The translations under genes and the position numbers were made by a program. Below are positions 32,575 to 43,620 of a DNA stretch of 64,000 nt, in pieces; the first letter of the stretch is position 1; every line of letters begins with the position of its first letter. Under the pieces are notes generated by a model. It was not told the DNA's origin. It worked only from the letters and a program-made list of their open reading frames with translations, and did not search any database. The DNA lies in NCBI GenBank assembly GCA_019704295.1, contig AP024596.1, forward strand, positions 864,001 through 928,000, in the 5' to 3' direction. The stretch is from Sulfolobales archaeon HS-7. Lineage in GTDB: Archaea > Thermoproteota > Thermoprotei_A > Sulfolobales > Sulfolobaceae.

Positions 32575-33624
32575 TTAAATGCTAAGACGTCGCTTATTAT
32601 CTTCTTGATTCACGCTTAAGGAATTCATATATTGATATACATCAGCGACTTTCTTACGCGGGGGACTCTTGAAATAATGTGAACATATCGGGTCCGGTAC
32701 ACCTTTATAACCTAATTGCCTTAACTTTAGTGCAATTAGGGTGAGGTTAATAAGGGGTGATGCGGCGTTAGGACCATCATATGTTTTCAGGGATATATCG
32801 ATTCTTACTGGCACGTTAAATGCGTATTCCCCTTCAATTACCATATAACTAACCCTTCTATCTTTCAAAAAGTTTACGTAGTCAGAGGTGCCTGCAGTAA
32901 CTTCTATGCTATCATCACTCTGTGATATAAAGCTTGATTTAATGTTTTTCTTTATTTCTTTTATTTTATCGTCCAACGTAAGATTTGCTTCTGCTGTTCC
33001 AGAAATATCGACTTGAAATGATCTTTTCACGTTTACACCTCTTCTTTTCAGTACATCGATTAATTCGGTATGTAGAATGGTTCCGCCCATCTGACTAAGC
33101 AAGTCATCCCCGAATAGAAGGAGACCCCTAGATTCAAAGACTTCCTTCATTTCAGAAGTGACAGGTGCAGGTGTGGCATTTATGAATGATGCGTGAGCAT
33201 TAGCCGCTGCTCTAGCGTAATACATAGTTGTTTTACTCATTCCGCTTGGAATTAAGCATAGTATTACCTCAGCCTTATTTTTCTTAAATTCCTCTTCTAT
33301 ATCGACAGGTTTGTCTTCTGATTCCTCTATAATTTCAGCGTACTTCCCTTCTATTGGTTCTACCGTAATACCTCTCTTTACTATTATTTCTTCGTCAACC
33401 GAGGTATACTTTTCGACCACATTAGGAGGTGCAAATATTGCATCCTTTAATGGTAAACTTACCTTTCTCTTATCAATGTCGATTGCTGACACTATTTCTA
33501 TTTCCCTGGGATCTCCAAGTCTTTTATCTACGCCAAGTACAGTCCCACCTTTTCTTAGTATATTAACTGCCTGTACATACGCCGATGCAGCATTCCCTAC
33601 TCCTATTAAGCTAACTTTTACCAT
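32575..33624 (-). CDS. myo-Inositol-1-phosphate synthase family protein (divergent)
   Basis: GVGNAAS, DIDKRKV, FINATP, GDDLLSQ, SDYV, FKSPP; begins 4 nt after the nuoN stop. Confidence 0.85.
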   Translation of the reverse strand: MVKVSLIGVGNAASAYVQAVNILRKGGTVLGVDKRLGDPREIEIVSAIDIDKRKVSLPLKDAIFAPPNVVEKYTSVDEEIIVKRGITVEPIEGKYAEIIEESEDKPVDIEEEFKKNKAEVILCLIPSGMSKTTMYYARAAANAHASFINATPAPVTSEMKEVFESRGLLLFGDDLLSQMGGTILHTELIDVLKRRGVNVKRSFQVDISGTAEANLTLDDKIKEIKKNIKSSFISQSDDSIEVTAGTSDYVNFLKDRRVSYMVIEGEYAFNVPVRIDISLKTYDGPNAASPLINLTLIALKLRQLGYKGVPDPICSHYFKSPPRKKVADVYQYMNSLSVNQEDNKRRLSI

Positions 33625-33628
33625 AGTT

Positions 33629-35011
33629 TCACACGATTGTGAAGAATATTATTGGAGATAATAATCCTATCACTATAGTTAATATCGTAGCTAAATATAT
33701 GCCGTCGATCTCATCACTTTTTTTGAACTCGAAATCTCCCTGTCTGAACATTTCTCTAACTACTATTAGGTAGTATCCCGCGGAAATCGCACTATTGATA
33801 ACTCCTAATACTAATAACCATGGGTAATATATTGAGGATTCAAAAAGAAACACCTTTCCCCAGAAACCCGCTAGAGGTGGTATTCCGAGGAGACTTAGAA
33901 ACAATATAGATGACGAGAAGGCCAACCATCTATTAGCAGAGAGTCCATTCAGACTCGACAGTTCAACACTCCCCATTACTCTCTCTACGTAATTTGCAAG
34001 TAGAAATAGTCCGGATTGAGCTATCGAATACGCGATTACCTGAATAACTATTCCAGCTATTGCAATACTCTCTAAAGGTGTTCCTATCATTGCAAAACCT
34101 ATCATTACGAAACCCATTTGAGCTATACTACTATAGGCTAATATGCTAGTGATTCTCCTCCTTGAGAAGGCAACAAAGTTTCCAAAGAACATACTTGCGA
34201 TTGCAACTAGCGAAAATATAGAGAGTAGCAACATTTTATCCAGATTATTCAGAGTAAGGAACTCAATTACTTTAAGAAGCGAAGCTACGCCTATTATTTT
34301 CCCTACGCTGGATATCATTGCAATAACAATTCTATCGTTTTCGGAATATACATCAGGTAGCCAAGCATGAAATGGAAAGTTTCCTATTTTAAACATGAAA
34401 GCTATCGAGAGTAATGAAATGCCTATAAGGACGAATGAGTTAATTACTGGAGAAGGATCGACTAAATTAAACGTATCTATTCCTGGGACATAAAACGCAA
34501 AGCCGAAGAGCATTATTGAACTAGAGACAATTCCCATTATCAAGTACTTTAGACCGCCTTCTACGCTTTTTATGTCCTTACTTATCATGGATATTGCGTA
34601 ACTTGCAGCCGAGGCAAGTGCCCATCCTGTTATTATTATTAGAATATTAGCTGCTAGAGCTAGATATATAGTACCCAAAAGTAAAAGCAATGAAAGAGAT
34701 AAGAAAGATTGATAGGACGACCAATTCCTTATGTGTTCTTTGCTCCCTAGTATTACTATCAGGGTTGCAATTTCTGCAGCAAAAGCCAACCATAGACCTG
34801 AATTATTTAAATATAGAGATTTAGAAAATACGAAAACGTTATCTATACCTAGTGCCAATGTCAATAGTGTTAATACTGACCCTATTATTACTGAAATAAC
34901 TGATAAATTAACTGCTAGTGATACTTTCTTTTGGTTAATGTGAACTAACGATAAGCTGACTATCAATAAAACTAAGCTTTGTATTGAGATTAGTACTGTT
35001 CCAACTTGCAT
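33629..35011 (-). CDS. nuoN: NADH-quinone oxidoreductase-like subunit N
   Basis: EGGLKYL, FKIG.FPFHAWLPDVY, GIPPLAGFWGK. Confidence 0.93.
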   Translation of the reverse strand: MQVGTVLISIQSLVLLIVSLSLVHINQKKVSLAVNLSVISVIIGSVLTLLTLALGIDNVFVFSKSLYLNNSGLWLAFAAEIATLIVILGSKEHIRNWSSYQSFLSLSLLLLLGTIYLALAANILIIITGWALASAASYAISMISKDIKSVEGGLKYLIMGIVSSSIMLFGFAFYVPGIDTFNLVDPSPVINSFVLIGISLLSIAFMFKIGNFPFHAWLPDVYSENDRIVIAMISSVGKIIGVASLLKVIEFLTLNNLDKMLLLSIFSLVAIASMFFGNFVAFSRRRITSILAYSSIAQMGFVMIGFAMIGTPLESIAIAGIVIQVIAYSIAQSGLFLLANYVERVMGSVELSSLNGLSANRWLAFSSSILFLSLLGIPPLAGFWGKVFLFESSIYYPWLLVLGVINSAISAGYYLIVVREMFRQGDFEFKKSDEIDGIYLATILTIVIGLLSPIIFFTIV

Positions 35012-38000
35012 TTAAATCACCACTGTAAATATAATTAAAAGTAAAAATATAATTATTAGACCTATTGCATATACTGCAACGTAATTACCTATAATACCAT
35101 CCTGAATCCGCGACCACGCCCTCCCTAAACCGTAGGCGGTCTGCGGTATTCTTTCGTTGAATGTTTCATCAAATCCCCTCCGCTCTAAGCTGTTAAAAAG
35201 TCCAGACGAAAAATTATGGTATCCGTATCCTAATCTATCAAACACGGGATTTAAGTAAAAGCCCTGTTCTAATGCGGTTGAAAGGGTCTGTAGCTTGTTA
35301 CCAATTTCTATACCACGTGTGTATATAAGGGATATAAGGATGCCAATAACGACGGCTATAATTACGATAGGATCTAAATAGTAATAGGACGCAATTTCTG
35401 AGTAAGGCAAACTAATTACTTTAGTGAAAAGGCTCGATAGCACAGTATAGAATCCTACCCCTAGTCCTATACTTGTTAATACGAGTATGGCAGGCGCTAT
35501 AATCATTGTAGGATGTAGATGATGAGATTCCTCAATTTCTTCTCCTTTACTCCAAGTAAATGTCTTGAAAACAAGCCTCATAATGTAAATACTACCCAAG
35601 AATTCGGCTATAACTATAAGAGGAAATAGTCCTGAAACGTAGTTAGCTAACGCGGCTACTCCTTGATGACCCCAATACCCTATTAGGAACGGGATGTCAG
35701 CTAGGTTCAATGCAGCTATTAACTGAAGAACGAATACGGTTTTGATTTTATTGTATAGATTCTTAAAAGTTCCAATGAATCTACTTTCTGTAGCGTGGAT
35801 GACGCTTCCTGCATTCATGAAGAGTGACGCTTTATATAAGCCATGAGCGAGGAATTGAACAACTCCGGCTAGTATACCTATATATAAATACGTTGGATCT
35901 CCAAAAAATGAAGCTATTAGTAATCCGACGGAAGAGGAAAGGATCATAAATGAAATTTGGTCTGCAGTAGAATATGCCAGTAATACCTTCTGTTCATCTG
36001 AGGCCAGTGCGCCAAAACTCGTATAGAATATTGTGAAGAGAGATATTCCTATCATTACTTCAGCAAACGTGTTTAACTCGGGAGTACCTAATGCAGGTAT
36101 AAAGAAAGGGTAAAATAAGAAAGTAATAAACGCGCCTAAGTTAACCATAGTAGCTGCGTGTATAAGTGCACTAACAGGAGTCGGTCCTGTCATTGCAGTT
36201 AATAACCATTGTGTGAATGGGAACTGAGCGCTCTTGCTGAGTCCACCTAAAAAGAGTATAAGTGCTATAACCCACCAATATGAATGGGTCAGAGGATTTA
36301 TGAAGAGTTCTCTTAATCCTACAGTAAGTAGTCCCTGTGAATTGTAGAGGAGAGTATTATTTGAAAAGATTAAAAGCGAACCAAAACCGGCTATTAGGCC
36401 TACATCGGCTAAGCGGGTAAATATCATTGCCCTTATTCCGCTGTTTGTCGGTGTAGAGATATATGGTATACCTAACACTCTCTTTTCCGGTTTTCCTACG
36501 ATATTCTTGGGATTGTCATCAAGGTAGTAACTTATTAGGCCATATGAGGCCAAGCTGGTGCCTTCCCATCCTATTAGAAATAAATACAAATTGCCTGCTA
36601 TTACTACGCTTAACATAGAAGCAACGAAGAATTCAAAAAATCCCCAATATCTTCTCAGAACCGAGTCTTCCTTCATATATCCAACACTATACAAGGATAT
36701 GAACGATGCTAATCCGCTTACGATCGAGGCTAGTACAGCCTGTAACGGAGACACCTGAAAAGTCAGGTAAAATAAGGTTGATGTCAGTGTTCTTCCGAGG
36801 AAAGCTGTCTGATACACCATGTTAAGCGAGATTACGAATGCGATTATGTTGAGGACGAAGCCCAAATATCCTCTAATATCCTGATTAAGTCCTTTAGGCG
36901 TTATTAACGCTATTATTGAGGCTATTAGTGGCAATATAAACACGAGTAGGGGTAATACGCTGTTAGCTGGTACGGTATTTACCAGATAATTAAACGCTGG
37001 GGACAAGAGATTTGGGACGAAGAAGAAAATTATACTCATAACCGCTAGAAACAACATGGGTATCGAATAGGCTATAATTTTATCTAATGAGACGCTCTCT
37101 TTTTTTCCACCGTAAACTCTCTTAAATAGGTACGTTAAATAGGCCGAGGATGTTCCGATTGCAATCATTATAGCTGCTACAATTCCTATAAACCACGCTT
37201 CTCCGAATCTTACTCCTAACTCTCCTGCAGATAGAATCAGAAGTATTTCACTGATCAAACCTATTGTTGGTGGCAAGCCAAGCAAATTGAGGATACCTAT
37301 AAACGATGTAGTACTGTGCAAAGGGGATGACAAATATAACCCACCTAGACGTTCGATATCCCTTGTACCGATTTCGGTTATTGAGGCGCCTGCGCTCATG
37401 AAGAGAATTGCTTTTCCTAGTCCGTGAGAGACGTATATCAGTATTGACGCTACAATTGCGAGCGGTAAGATCGCTATATTCTGTGATAACCCAAGAGCAA
37501 ACCCTATAGAGGCCGCCAACATCATGTATCCCATTTGGGAAACACTAGAGTATGCAAGAAATCTCTTGAAATCCCCTTGAGTAAAGGCCATTATACCTCC
37601 GTAAATCATTGTTACTAACGCCCAGATTATGAAAACGGGAGCCAGCAGGTTCAGCTGTGGAAACATGAAATAGTAAAGAATTATTACGAATACGCCAAGT
37701 CCTACCGTGTTAGGACTCAGTAAAACGGAAATTGGAGTGGGTGCCTCACCATGAGCGTAGGGAAGCCAAGTATTAAATAGAAACATAGCGGCCTTTATCA
37801 TCATTCCTATTATGGCTAGCACAAATGCTATCGTTAGAATAGGGTTAGTGGTGTATTGCACTATTTGGAAAGGTCGTTGATATATGTCAGGGTTTTTATA
37901 GGGTCCAGCAAATATTAAGGTTAGAATGGAGGCTAGTAAGAGGATAGTGCCTATATGTGTCCATATGAAATACATTAGTGAAATTCTTCTCCTATTTCCA

Positions 38001-38443
38001 TATCCGTAGAGCAGGATCAGTAAGAACGAACTTACTAGGGATACCTCAAGAAATACGTAAAGCTCAACTAAATTGGTAGAGGTTGTTACGTAAATCATTG
38101 AAATTGCAAATACTGTGAATAAACCGTAATATGCATTCCATTTTGGCTTTATTTCTAATTCTTTGAATCTCTCTTCCATATATCGGGAAGCATAAATTGA
38201 AGAGGCAGCCGTTACTAGAACAATAGTTATTATGAATGGAAGGTTCAGGTCATTTACTACGAAACCGAAGTTACCAATATAGCTCCCTAGAAAGTAATTT
38301 TCCAATTCGCCATATTCCAAGATAATTAGTAAGTTGATCGCTATTGATAGTAGGGAAATGACACCTGATAACTTCTTATCGTTTATAAAGAAGATTAGCG
38401 CACCTAATAATACGGAAGCTATGAATACAAGTAATGCAAGCAT
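35012..38443 (-). CDS. nuoL: Fused NuoM-NuoL antiporter-like subunit
   Basis: N-half WLPYAHGEAPTP (M-type); C-half KSAQFP..WL..AMTGPTPVSALIHAATMV (L-type). Confidence 0.9.
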   Translation of the reverse strand: MLALLVFIASVLLGALIFFINDKKLSGVISLLSIAINLLIILEYGELENYFLGSYIGNFGFVVNDLNLPFIITIVLVTAASSIYASRYMEERFKELEIKPKWNAYYGLFTVFAISMIYVTTSTNLVELYVFLEVSLVSSFLLILLYGYGNRRRISLMYFIWTHIGTILLLASILTLIFAGPYKNPDIYQRPFQIVQYTTNPILTIAFVLAIIGMMIKAAMFLFNTWLPYAHGEAPTPISVLLSPNTVGLGVFVIILYYFMFPQLNLLAPVFIIWALVTMIYGGIMAFTQGDFKRFLAYSSVSQMGYMMLAASIGFALGLSQNIAILPLAIVASILIYVSHGLGKAILFMSAGASITEIGTRDIERLGGLYLSSPLHSTTSFIGILNLLGLPPTIGLISEILLILSAGELGVRFGEAWFIGIVAAIMIAIGTSSAYLTYLFKRVYGGKKESVSLDKIIAYSIPMLFLAVMSIIFFFVPNLLSPAFNYLVNTVPANSVLPLLVFILPLIASIIALITPKGLNQDIRGYLGFVLNIIAFVISLNMVYQTAFLGRTLTSTLFYLTFQVSPLQAVLASIVSGLASFISLYSVGYMKEDSVLRRYWGFFEFFVASMLSVVIAGNLYLFLIGWEGTSLASYGLISYYLDDNPKNIVGKPEKRVLGIPYISTPTNSGIRAMIFTRLADVGLIAGFGSLLIFSNNTLLYNSQGLLTVGLRELFINPLTHSYWWVIALILFLGGLSKSAQFPFTQWLLTAMTGPTPVSALIHAATMVNLGAFITFLFYPFFIPALGTPELNTFAEVMIGISLFTIFYTSFGALASDEQKVLLAYSTADQISFMILSSSVGLLIASFFGDPTYLYIGILAGVVQFLAHGLYKASLFMNAGSVIHATESRFIGTFKNLYNKIKTVFVLQLIAALNLADIPFLIGYWGHQGVAALANYVSGLFPLIVIAEFLGSIYIMRLVFKTFTWSKGEEIEESHHLHPTMIIAPAILVLTSIGLGVGFYTVLSSLFTKVISLPYSEIASYYYLDPIVIIAVVIGILISLIYTRGIEIGNKLQTLSTALEQGFYLNPVFDRLGYGYHNFSSGLFNSLERRGFDETFNERIPQTAYGLGRAWSRIQDGIIGNYVAVYAIGLIIIFLLLIIFTVVI

Positions 38444-38444
38444 T

Positions 38445-38729
38445 CTATGTCACCTCAAGCTTATTCTTTAGCCTGTAATATAGTATTACCGCTGCGAATG
38501 CAACTACGACCTCCGTTAGGGCCATGCCTATACCGAAAACTCCTAGAATTATAGGAAGGTAAGTTAGCCCCTCAGCGAACGCAAGCGAAAATATCGCGAG
38601 GATTGAACCGTTTAGAATTACTTCAGACGATAATATTATCCTGATTACATTTTTACTATTAAAAACCCCGTAAAAACCTATCGATACTAAAATAACTGAT
38701 ACCGCGAATCCCAAATATGGGAGGATCAT
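38445..38729 (-). CDS. nuoK: NADH-quinone oxidoreductase-like subunit K
   Basis: 3 TM with SSEVILN and ALTEVV; start moved to ATG 38729. Confidence 0.88.
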   Translation of the reverse strand: MILPYLGFAVSVILVSIGFYGVFNSKNVIRIILSSEVILNGSILAIFSLAFAEGLTYLPIILGVFGIGMALTEVVVAFAAVILYYRLKNKLEVT

Positions 38730-38731
38730 TT

Positions 38732-39226
38732 TTAGTTCCTCCTGGCGAGTGTAATAGCTTCGATAAGAGTAGCAGCTAATGCTGTTATCAGTATTAAGGT
38801 AGGGAACCAATATTCTCCCACTATTATGTCAGCTAATCTGGTTAAATTAAGCGCTGAGGGGGTAGTTAATAAAGGTGGAGATGTTATGAGCATAGTCCCA
38901 AGTAGAAACGCGCCGATTAATACGGAAATTGGAATAGACCATTTTGCGATCTCTCCTTTAATTTCTAGGTTCTTGAAAAGTACGAATGATATTACTAGGA
39001 ATGATACGGTAGCTCCTACATATAGCAAAAGGTGAATAGCAGAGTATAATGCAAATGCCGCTGGATCTAAATCCGCTATTAATATAGCGGTTGATATACC
39101 TAAGATGATCAGAGAGTAGGCAGCGTAGATCAGGTATTTAGTATTAGTAATAGTTAGAGAAGTTATCATTGCAACTACGGAAAAGATGATGAAGATTCCT
39201 AGCTCAATCTCAGTCGTCAGGCTCAT
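38732..39226 (-). CDS. nuoJ: NADH-quinone oxidoreductase-like subunit J
   Basis: LLYVGA motif, 5 TM. Confidence 0.88.
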   Translation of the reverse strand: MSLTTEIELGIFIIFSVVAMITSLTITNTKYLIYAAYSLIILGISTAILIADLDPAAFALYSAIHLLLYVGATVSFLVISFVLFKNLEIKGEIAKWSIPISVLIGAFLLGTMLITSPPLLTTPSALNLTRLADIIVGEYWFPTLILITALAATLIEAITLARRN

Positions 39227-39704
39227 AAACTATCCCCTTCTTCTCGTCGATCTTTGCCCTCACTTTCCTAACGGGTTTATCCATAGTCGGCGGCTGGTCA
39301 AAATCCTGACTAAATTTGTCAGGGTCAAAGATGAGTTCTCTTCTATTAGTAAAGGCTGCATCGTGTACCCCAGTTTCCTTTAGCGCATCAACTGGACAAA
39401 TATCAACACAAAAGCCGCAAAATACGCATCTACCGTAATTTATCATTGGAAGTTTTTTACCTTCTTCAGTAACCATTTTCATAGCGTCTGCAGGACATAC
39501 CATTGCGCACAAAGTGCATCCAATACATACATCCTTATACAGTCTGATCATTCCTCTATATCCTGTTGGAAGCACCATACTTTCCTCTGGATACATTAGA
39601 GTTATTCTAGTTGGTTTAACAAGGTATTTTAGACCTGTCCCTATAGCCTCTAAGTGTTGACCTAGAAGTTTGAATGGGTTCTCCTTTTTAGGATATTCCT
39701 TCAT
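39210..39704 (-). CDS. nuoI: NADH-quinone oxidoreductase-like subunit I
   Basis: [32 protein letters not shown]; start moved to ATG 39704. Confidence 0.95.
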   Translation of the reverse strand: MKEYPKKENPFKLLGQHLEAIGTGLKYLVKPTRITLMYPEESMVLPTGYRGMIRLYKDVCIGCTLCAMVCPADAMKMVTEEGKKLPMINYGRCVFCGFCVDICPVDALKETGVHDAAFTNRRELIFDPDKFSQDFDQPPTMDKPVRKVRAKIDEKKGIVYEPDD

Positions 39705-40753
39705 AGAAAAATCCCTCCTATCATGCCTATTATTAGTGCCAGTAAAGCAGCTGGGAAGAAGTACTTCCAGCCACCCCTTAAGATTTGGTCTATTCGGTAT
39801 CTCCCGTACACACTTCTCATGAACACTGAGAAAAATAAAATGATTAACGCCTTGATCACTGTTAATATGGCGCCAGGTATTCCCATTAATGGGAGCCACC
39901 CGCCTAGGAAAACAGTGGCAAAAACCAAAGAGTATACAAACGTAAGTAAGTACGGGCCTGCCATGGATAGTACGAAGAGTAAACCTGAATACTCTGTAAA
40001 CGCCCCAGTGACCAGTTCGGTATCAGCCTCAGCAACGTCAAAAGGAAATCTTGCAGTGCCCATCAAAAGCGCCACGAAGAAAACAAACGCTGCGATGGGA
40101 TTCGCTATTATTCCAGGAACCCCAGTCTTTACAATAGATGCTATATCTAACGTGTGATACTCTATCCCCATGCTAATTAGTGCGATGATTATTAAAGTAT
40201 CGTAAGCTACAGTAAGTATTCCCTCTCTAATAGCCGATATAAGTGAAAATCTATTATTACTAGCCCATGCTGTCATAACTGTTAAGATTGGCACGACAGA
40301 GGCCACTGCTATAATAAAAAGCAGACTATATGGAGTAATTATAGGTTGATATAACGAAATACCTGCGAATTTGTCGAAGAAAAAGCGATAATACGGAGAC
40401 GTTATTGAACCAGACGAGGGAATTTGAGAAACTGGAATAAACGCCATTGGTAGGAATGCAAAAGCGGTAATAAGTATTGGACCTAATATGAAGAACTCTC
40501 TTATCGAATTAGACGGAACTATTATCTCAGCTAAACCGAATTTTATCGCGTCTGCGATTAACTGGAAATATCCTCCTATTCTTTTTGAGGCGTAATATGG
40601 TCCGAATCTCATTTGTATCTTAGCGGCTATTTTCCTTTCAGCCCAAATTGCGGTCAGTAATGTTATTAAAGAAAAAATTAAACCTGGGAATACGATCATA
40701 ATAAAAAATGAAGGATAAAATAAATAATAAATAAAGGAAGAAATCACACTCAT
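39701..40753 (-). CDS. nuoH: NADH-quinone oxidoreductase-like subunit H
   Basis: [33 protein letters not shown]. Confidence 0.95.
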   Translation of the reverse strand: MSVISSFIYYLFYPSFFIMIVFPGLIFSLITLLTAIWAERKIAAKIQMRFGPYYASKRIGGYFQLIADAIKFGLAEIIVPSNSIREFFILGPILITAFAFLPMAFIPVSQIPSSGSITSPYYRFFFDKFAGISLYQPIITPYSLLFIIAVASVVPILTVMTAWASNNRFSLISAIREGILTVAYDTLIIIALISMGIEYHTLDIASIVKTGVPGIIANPIAAFVFFVALLMGTARFPFDVAEADTELVTGAFTEYSGLLFVLSMAGPYLLTFVYSLVFATVFLGGWLPLMGIPGAILTVIKALIILFFSVFMRSVYGRYRIDQILRGGWKYFFPAALLALIIGMIGGIFL

Positions 40754-41967
40754 TATCGATCAGCCTCTGGTGGAAAATAATCTAAAGAACCGTAAATCGT
40801 TACGAGATCTGCATATCTAGAACCCTTAGCTAATTCCCTGAACACTTTGATAAGTCTGTATGACGGAGTTATCATTCTAAGTCTGTATGGTTTAGCCGTG
40901 CCGTCACTAATAACGTAAAACGCCAGTTCTCCTCTACCTGCTTCCACTCTAGCGAAAGCCTCTCCTTTTGGAGGTCTGAATGACGCATAATATCCAGGCA
41001 TAACTATCCTGTGTTGTCCCTCCCACCATTTCTTCAATCTGATAGGAGGTATTTGCTTGAAGAATCTGTCGCTTAGTATATTTCCCTGAGGTATTTCACG
41101 CATTATCTGTTCCAACATTTTCATACTTTGTTCTATTTCTTCAATTCTTACTAATGTCCTAGCATAGGCATCTCCCTCCTTGTATACAGGTATTTCAAAA
41201 TCTAGCTTATCATAAGCAGCATAGGGTTCAGCCTTTCTTACGTCAAATGCAACTCCAGAGGCCCTTAAGTTAGGTCCAACCGCTCCCCATCTTATAGCAT
41301 TCTCCTTGGTCATAACGCCTACGTTTTGAGTTCTGGCTTTGATATTTGGATTATTTACGAATATTCCCTTCCAGTCATTGAGTTTTCTTCTTGTATACTT
41401 TATTGCTTTTTCTGTCATTTCCATTATTACTGGGGTTATATCCCTTCTTACTCCTCCTGGTAGAATATATGAATTCGTTACCCTAGCTCCAGTTAGGGCT
41501 TGCAATATTTCGACCCATACTTCTCTGTCCCCAAAGCCCCACATAAAGGCGGTAGAGTGTCCCATGAATACCCCGAAGATTCCCATCCCATACAAATGAC
41601 TGGCTATTCTATTAACCTCAGCCGCAAAGCTTCTCAAATAAAGAGCCCTCGGAGGTACGTCAACGTTAAGTATCTTTTCAACCGCCATTATGTAAGCCAT
41701 ATTCATATGGATTGAATCTAGTATGGCGGGTCTTTCAATAAGAGGGATCAAGTGGATGTAATTCCTATTCTCTGATAGTTTTTCTACCGATCTATGAACA
41801 TAGCCGACGTCAAGATCTACGTCTTCAATGATATCCCCGTTAAGTCTTACAAATATTCTCATGTGACCTGAGCCGGGATGTTGAGGACCTACGTTAAGTT
41901 CTCCCTCGACTGGAACTATTTCGACCTCTAATCCTCCTTTAAGTATCTTTTCAACCTCTTCTGTCAA
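40753..41967 (-). CDS. nuoD: NADH-quinone oxidoreductase-like subunit D
   Basis: [19 protein letters not shown]-terminus; no NiFe CxxC motifs. Confidence 0.95.
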   Translation of the reverse strand: MTEEVEKILKGGLEVEIVPVEGELNVGPQHPGSGHMRIFVRLNGDIIEDVDLDVGYVHRSVEKLSENRNYIHLIPLIERPAILDSIHMNMAYIMAVEKILNVDVPPRALYLRSFAAEVNRIASHLYGMGIFGVFMGHSTAFMWGFGDREVWVEILQALTGARVTNSYILPGGVRRDITPVIMEMTEKAIKYTRRKLNDWKGIFVNNPNIKARTQNVGVMTKENAIRWGAVGPNLRASGVAFDVRKAEPYAAYDKLDFEIPVYKEGDAYARTLVRIEEIEQSMKMLEQIMREIPQGNILSDRFFKQIPPIRLKKWWEGQHRIVMPGYYASFRPPKGEAFARVEAGRGELAFYVISDGTAKPYRLRMITPSYRLIKVFRELAKGSRYADLVTIYGSLDYFPPEADR

Positions 41968-42436
41968 CGAAGATCCCCTCGGTCTTAATTTTGAAACTCT
42001 TTCTTAACGGATATACCCCGTCGAAGTCTTCTGGAAGGAAGAAAAGTCTCAATTCATCATGCCCTTTAAATATTATTCCATAATCCTCGAAAGTTTCTCG
42101 TTCTGCAGTCCATGCGCTAGGCCAGATAGAAATAAGGGAGTCGATTACAGGTTCCTTATAAGTTACATACGTTTTCAGGGTCAAAACTATGTTCATTTTC
42201 CCCTCCTCATAAGAGGAAATGTGGTAAACCACTCCTAGCTTTTCTTGCTCAGGGTAGTCTACACCACTCACTGAGATCACGTGATCAAAGCCAGAGTTCT
42301 GTAGGAGTTTAGCAAGGTCCTTTATCTTAGAGGGCTCAGTGAGCTCAATTGAGTACCTATTTGTTCCGTCAGCCTTTATTTGGATATTATTTATTTTTCT
42401 TTGAATTTCTTGTATGAAATCAGGAACTGAGGACAT
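41951..42436 (-). CDS. nuoC: NADH-quinone oxidoreductase-like subunit C
   Basis: [23 protein letters not shown]. Confidence 0.93.
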   Translation of the reverse strand: MSSVPDFIQEIQRKINNIQIKADGTNRYSIELTEPSKIKDLAKLLQNSGFDHVISVSGVDYPEQEKLGVVYHISSYEEGKMNIVLTLKTYVTYKEPVIDSLISIWPSAWTAERETFEDYGIIFKGHDELRLFFLPEDFDGVYPLRKSFKIKTEGIFVDRRG

Positions 42437-42836
42437 TATACTCCCTCCTGAATACCCATTGATAAAGAGTATCTACTTGTTTTATACAGTAATAAATAGT
42501 AGGATATAGTATGGCTATAGTTGCAACGATTATTAAATAGAATTTTGCTAGTATTTGACTAGTAGCGTAAACAATTGGGGAAATGAGGAATAAAATAGTT
42601 AAAATTGGTTCAATGCTAGTGTAAATCAGCAGATATCCGTAATACTGCAGGGGATACCACATTCTACCCTCTCCTGTTGGTATATTTCCCGCTTCGAAAC
42701 GATCAAGTTTTACTGGGCTCGGATCCCCTTTAAGTGAATCAGAGAGGAACTTGTAGCCTGTAAGACCTATAGCAAGGATCAATATGAAGGGTAAACCTAA
42801 AGCTAGTATAGGCTGCGTTAATGACATCAAGTTCAT
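42420..42836 (-). CDS. nuoA: NADH-quinone oxidoreductase-like subunit A
   Basis: K..RFEAGN.P.GE loop, QYY, 3 TM. Confidence 0.9.
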   Translation of the reverse strand: MNLMSLTQPILALGLPFILILAIGLTGYKFLSDSLKGDPSPVKLDRFEAGNIPTGEGRMWYPLQYYGYLLIYTSIEPILTILFLISPIVYATSQILAKFYLIIVATIAILYPTIYYCIKQVDTLYQWVFRREYNVLSS

Positions 42837-42992
42837 TTAACGCCAAGTACGTATTTATACCTTTGTATTAATATGTTAATTGTTTATACAGGAAATACGA
42901 TGTTCATTAGGAATAATCTTTAGCAATTTGTGAAATAAAATCAAGTTATATTGCTGACTTCTTCCTGTGTATTTACCCATATGATAGTAATG

Positions 42993-43067
42993 CGCCGCGA
43001 GGAGGACTCGAACCTCCGACCACAGGGTTAACAGCCCTGCGCTCTGCCAGAACTGAGCTATCGCGGC
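42993..43067 (-). tRNA. tRNA-Asn(GUU), intronless
   Basis: GCCGCGATAGCTCAGTTCTGGCAGAGCGCAGGGCTGTTAACCCTGTGGTCGGAGGTTCGAGTCCTCCTCGCGGCG. Confidence 0.97.
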
Positions 43068-43199
43068 ACTACTAAATATTAAACTCCTTACCCCTTAAAT
43101 GTTTTCCTCTCCTATAACTTTCATCAATTCTAGGGAACCTGAAATATTTAACAGAAAGCAATCGTATACTAGAATTTTATGAAGCTTATTCAAATGGGT

Positions 43200-43602
43200 A
43201 CTAACTTAAGTTGCGTAAAGCTCAGAGATAGTACTCCTTCTTTTGTGGACCCTGTATACTTGCGGGATTTTAGGAGATGACTAGGCTTAACCTAGGAGGA
43301 GGTAAGTCTCTCTGTCTTTAATACGGGTAAGTTGTGGACCTCCTCTGGGGAAGTCCTCCCTATATTTGAAAACGGAAACTATGTTAATGATACTGTCTAC
43401 AGGGTAGGTATCGTTACAACTCCTAAAGGAGGGTAAGTGTAATATTCATCTCCTCTAATTAAAGGGTAATACAGAGTAGGATTAACATGAAGTTTAACGC
43501 TTGATTGACAGGCCTTTGTGTCTGCGAAACCCCTACGGTCAATAGGGTGATGTAGAGTGAAGGCTAATCCAAAAGGACAGTTCGCTCGCTGGGAAGAAGT
43601 AG
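43200..43602 (+). mobile_element. Probable decayed tnpB (IS200/IS605) 3' relic
   Basis: FVDPVY-like (VDPAYTS) remnant; right-end-like ctcgctgggaagaagtag; no ORF. Confidence 0.35.
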
Positions 43603-43620
43603 ATATCCGACAATCACTAA

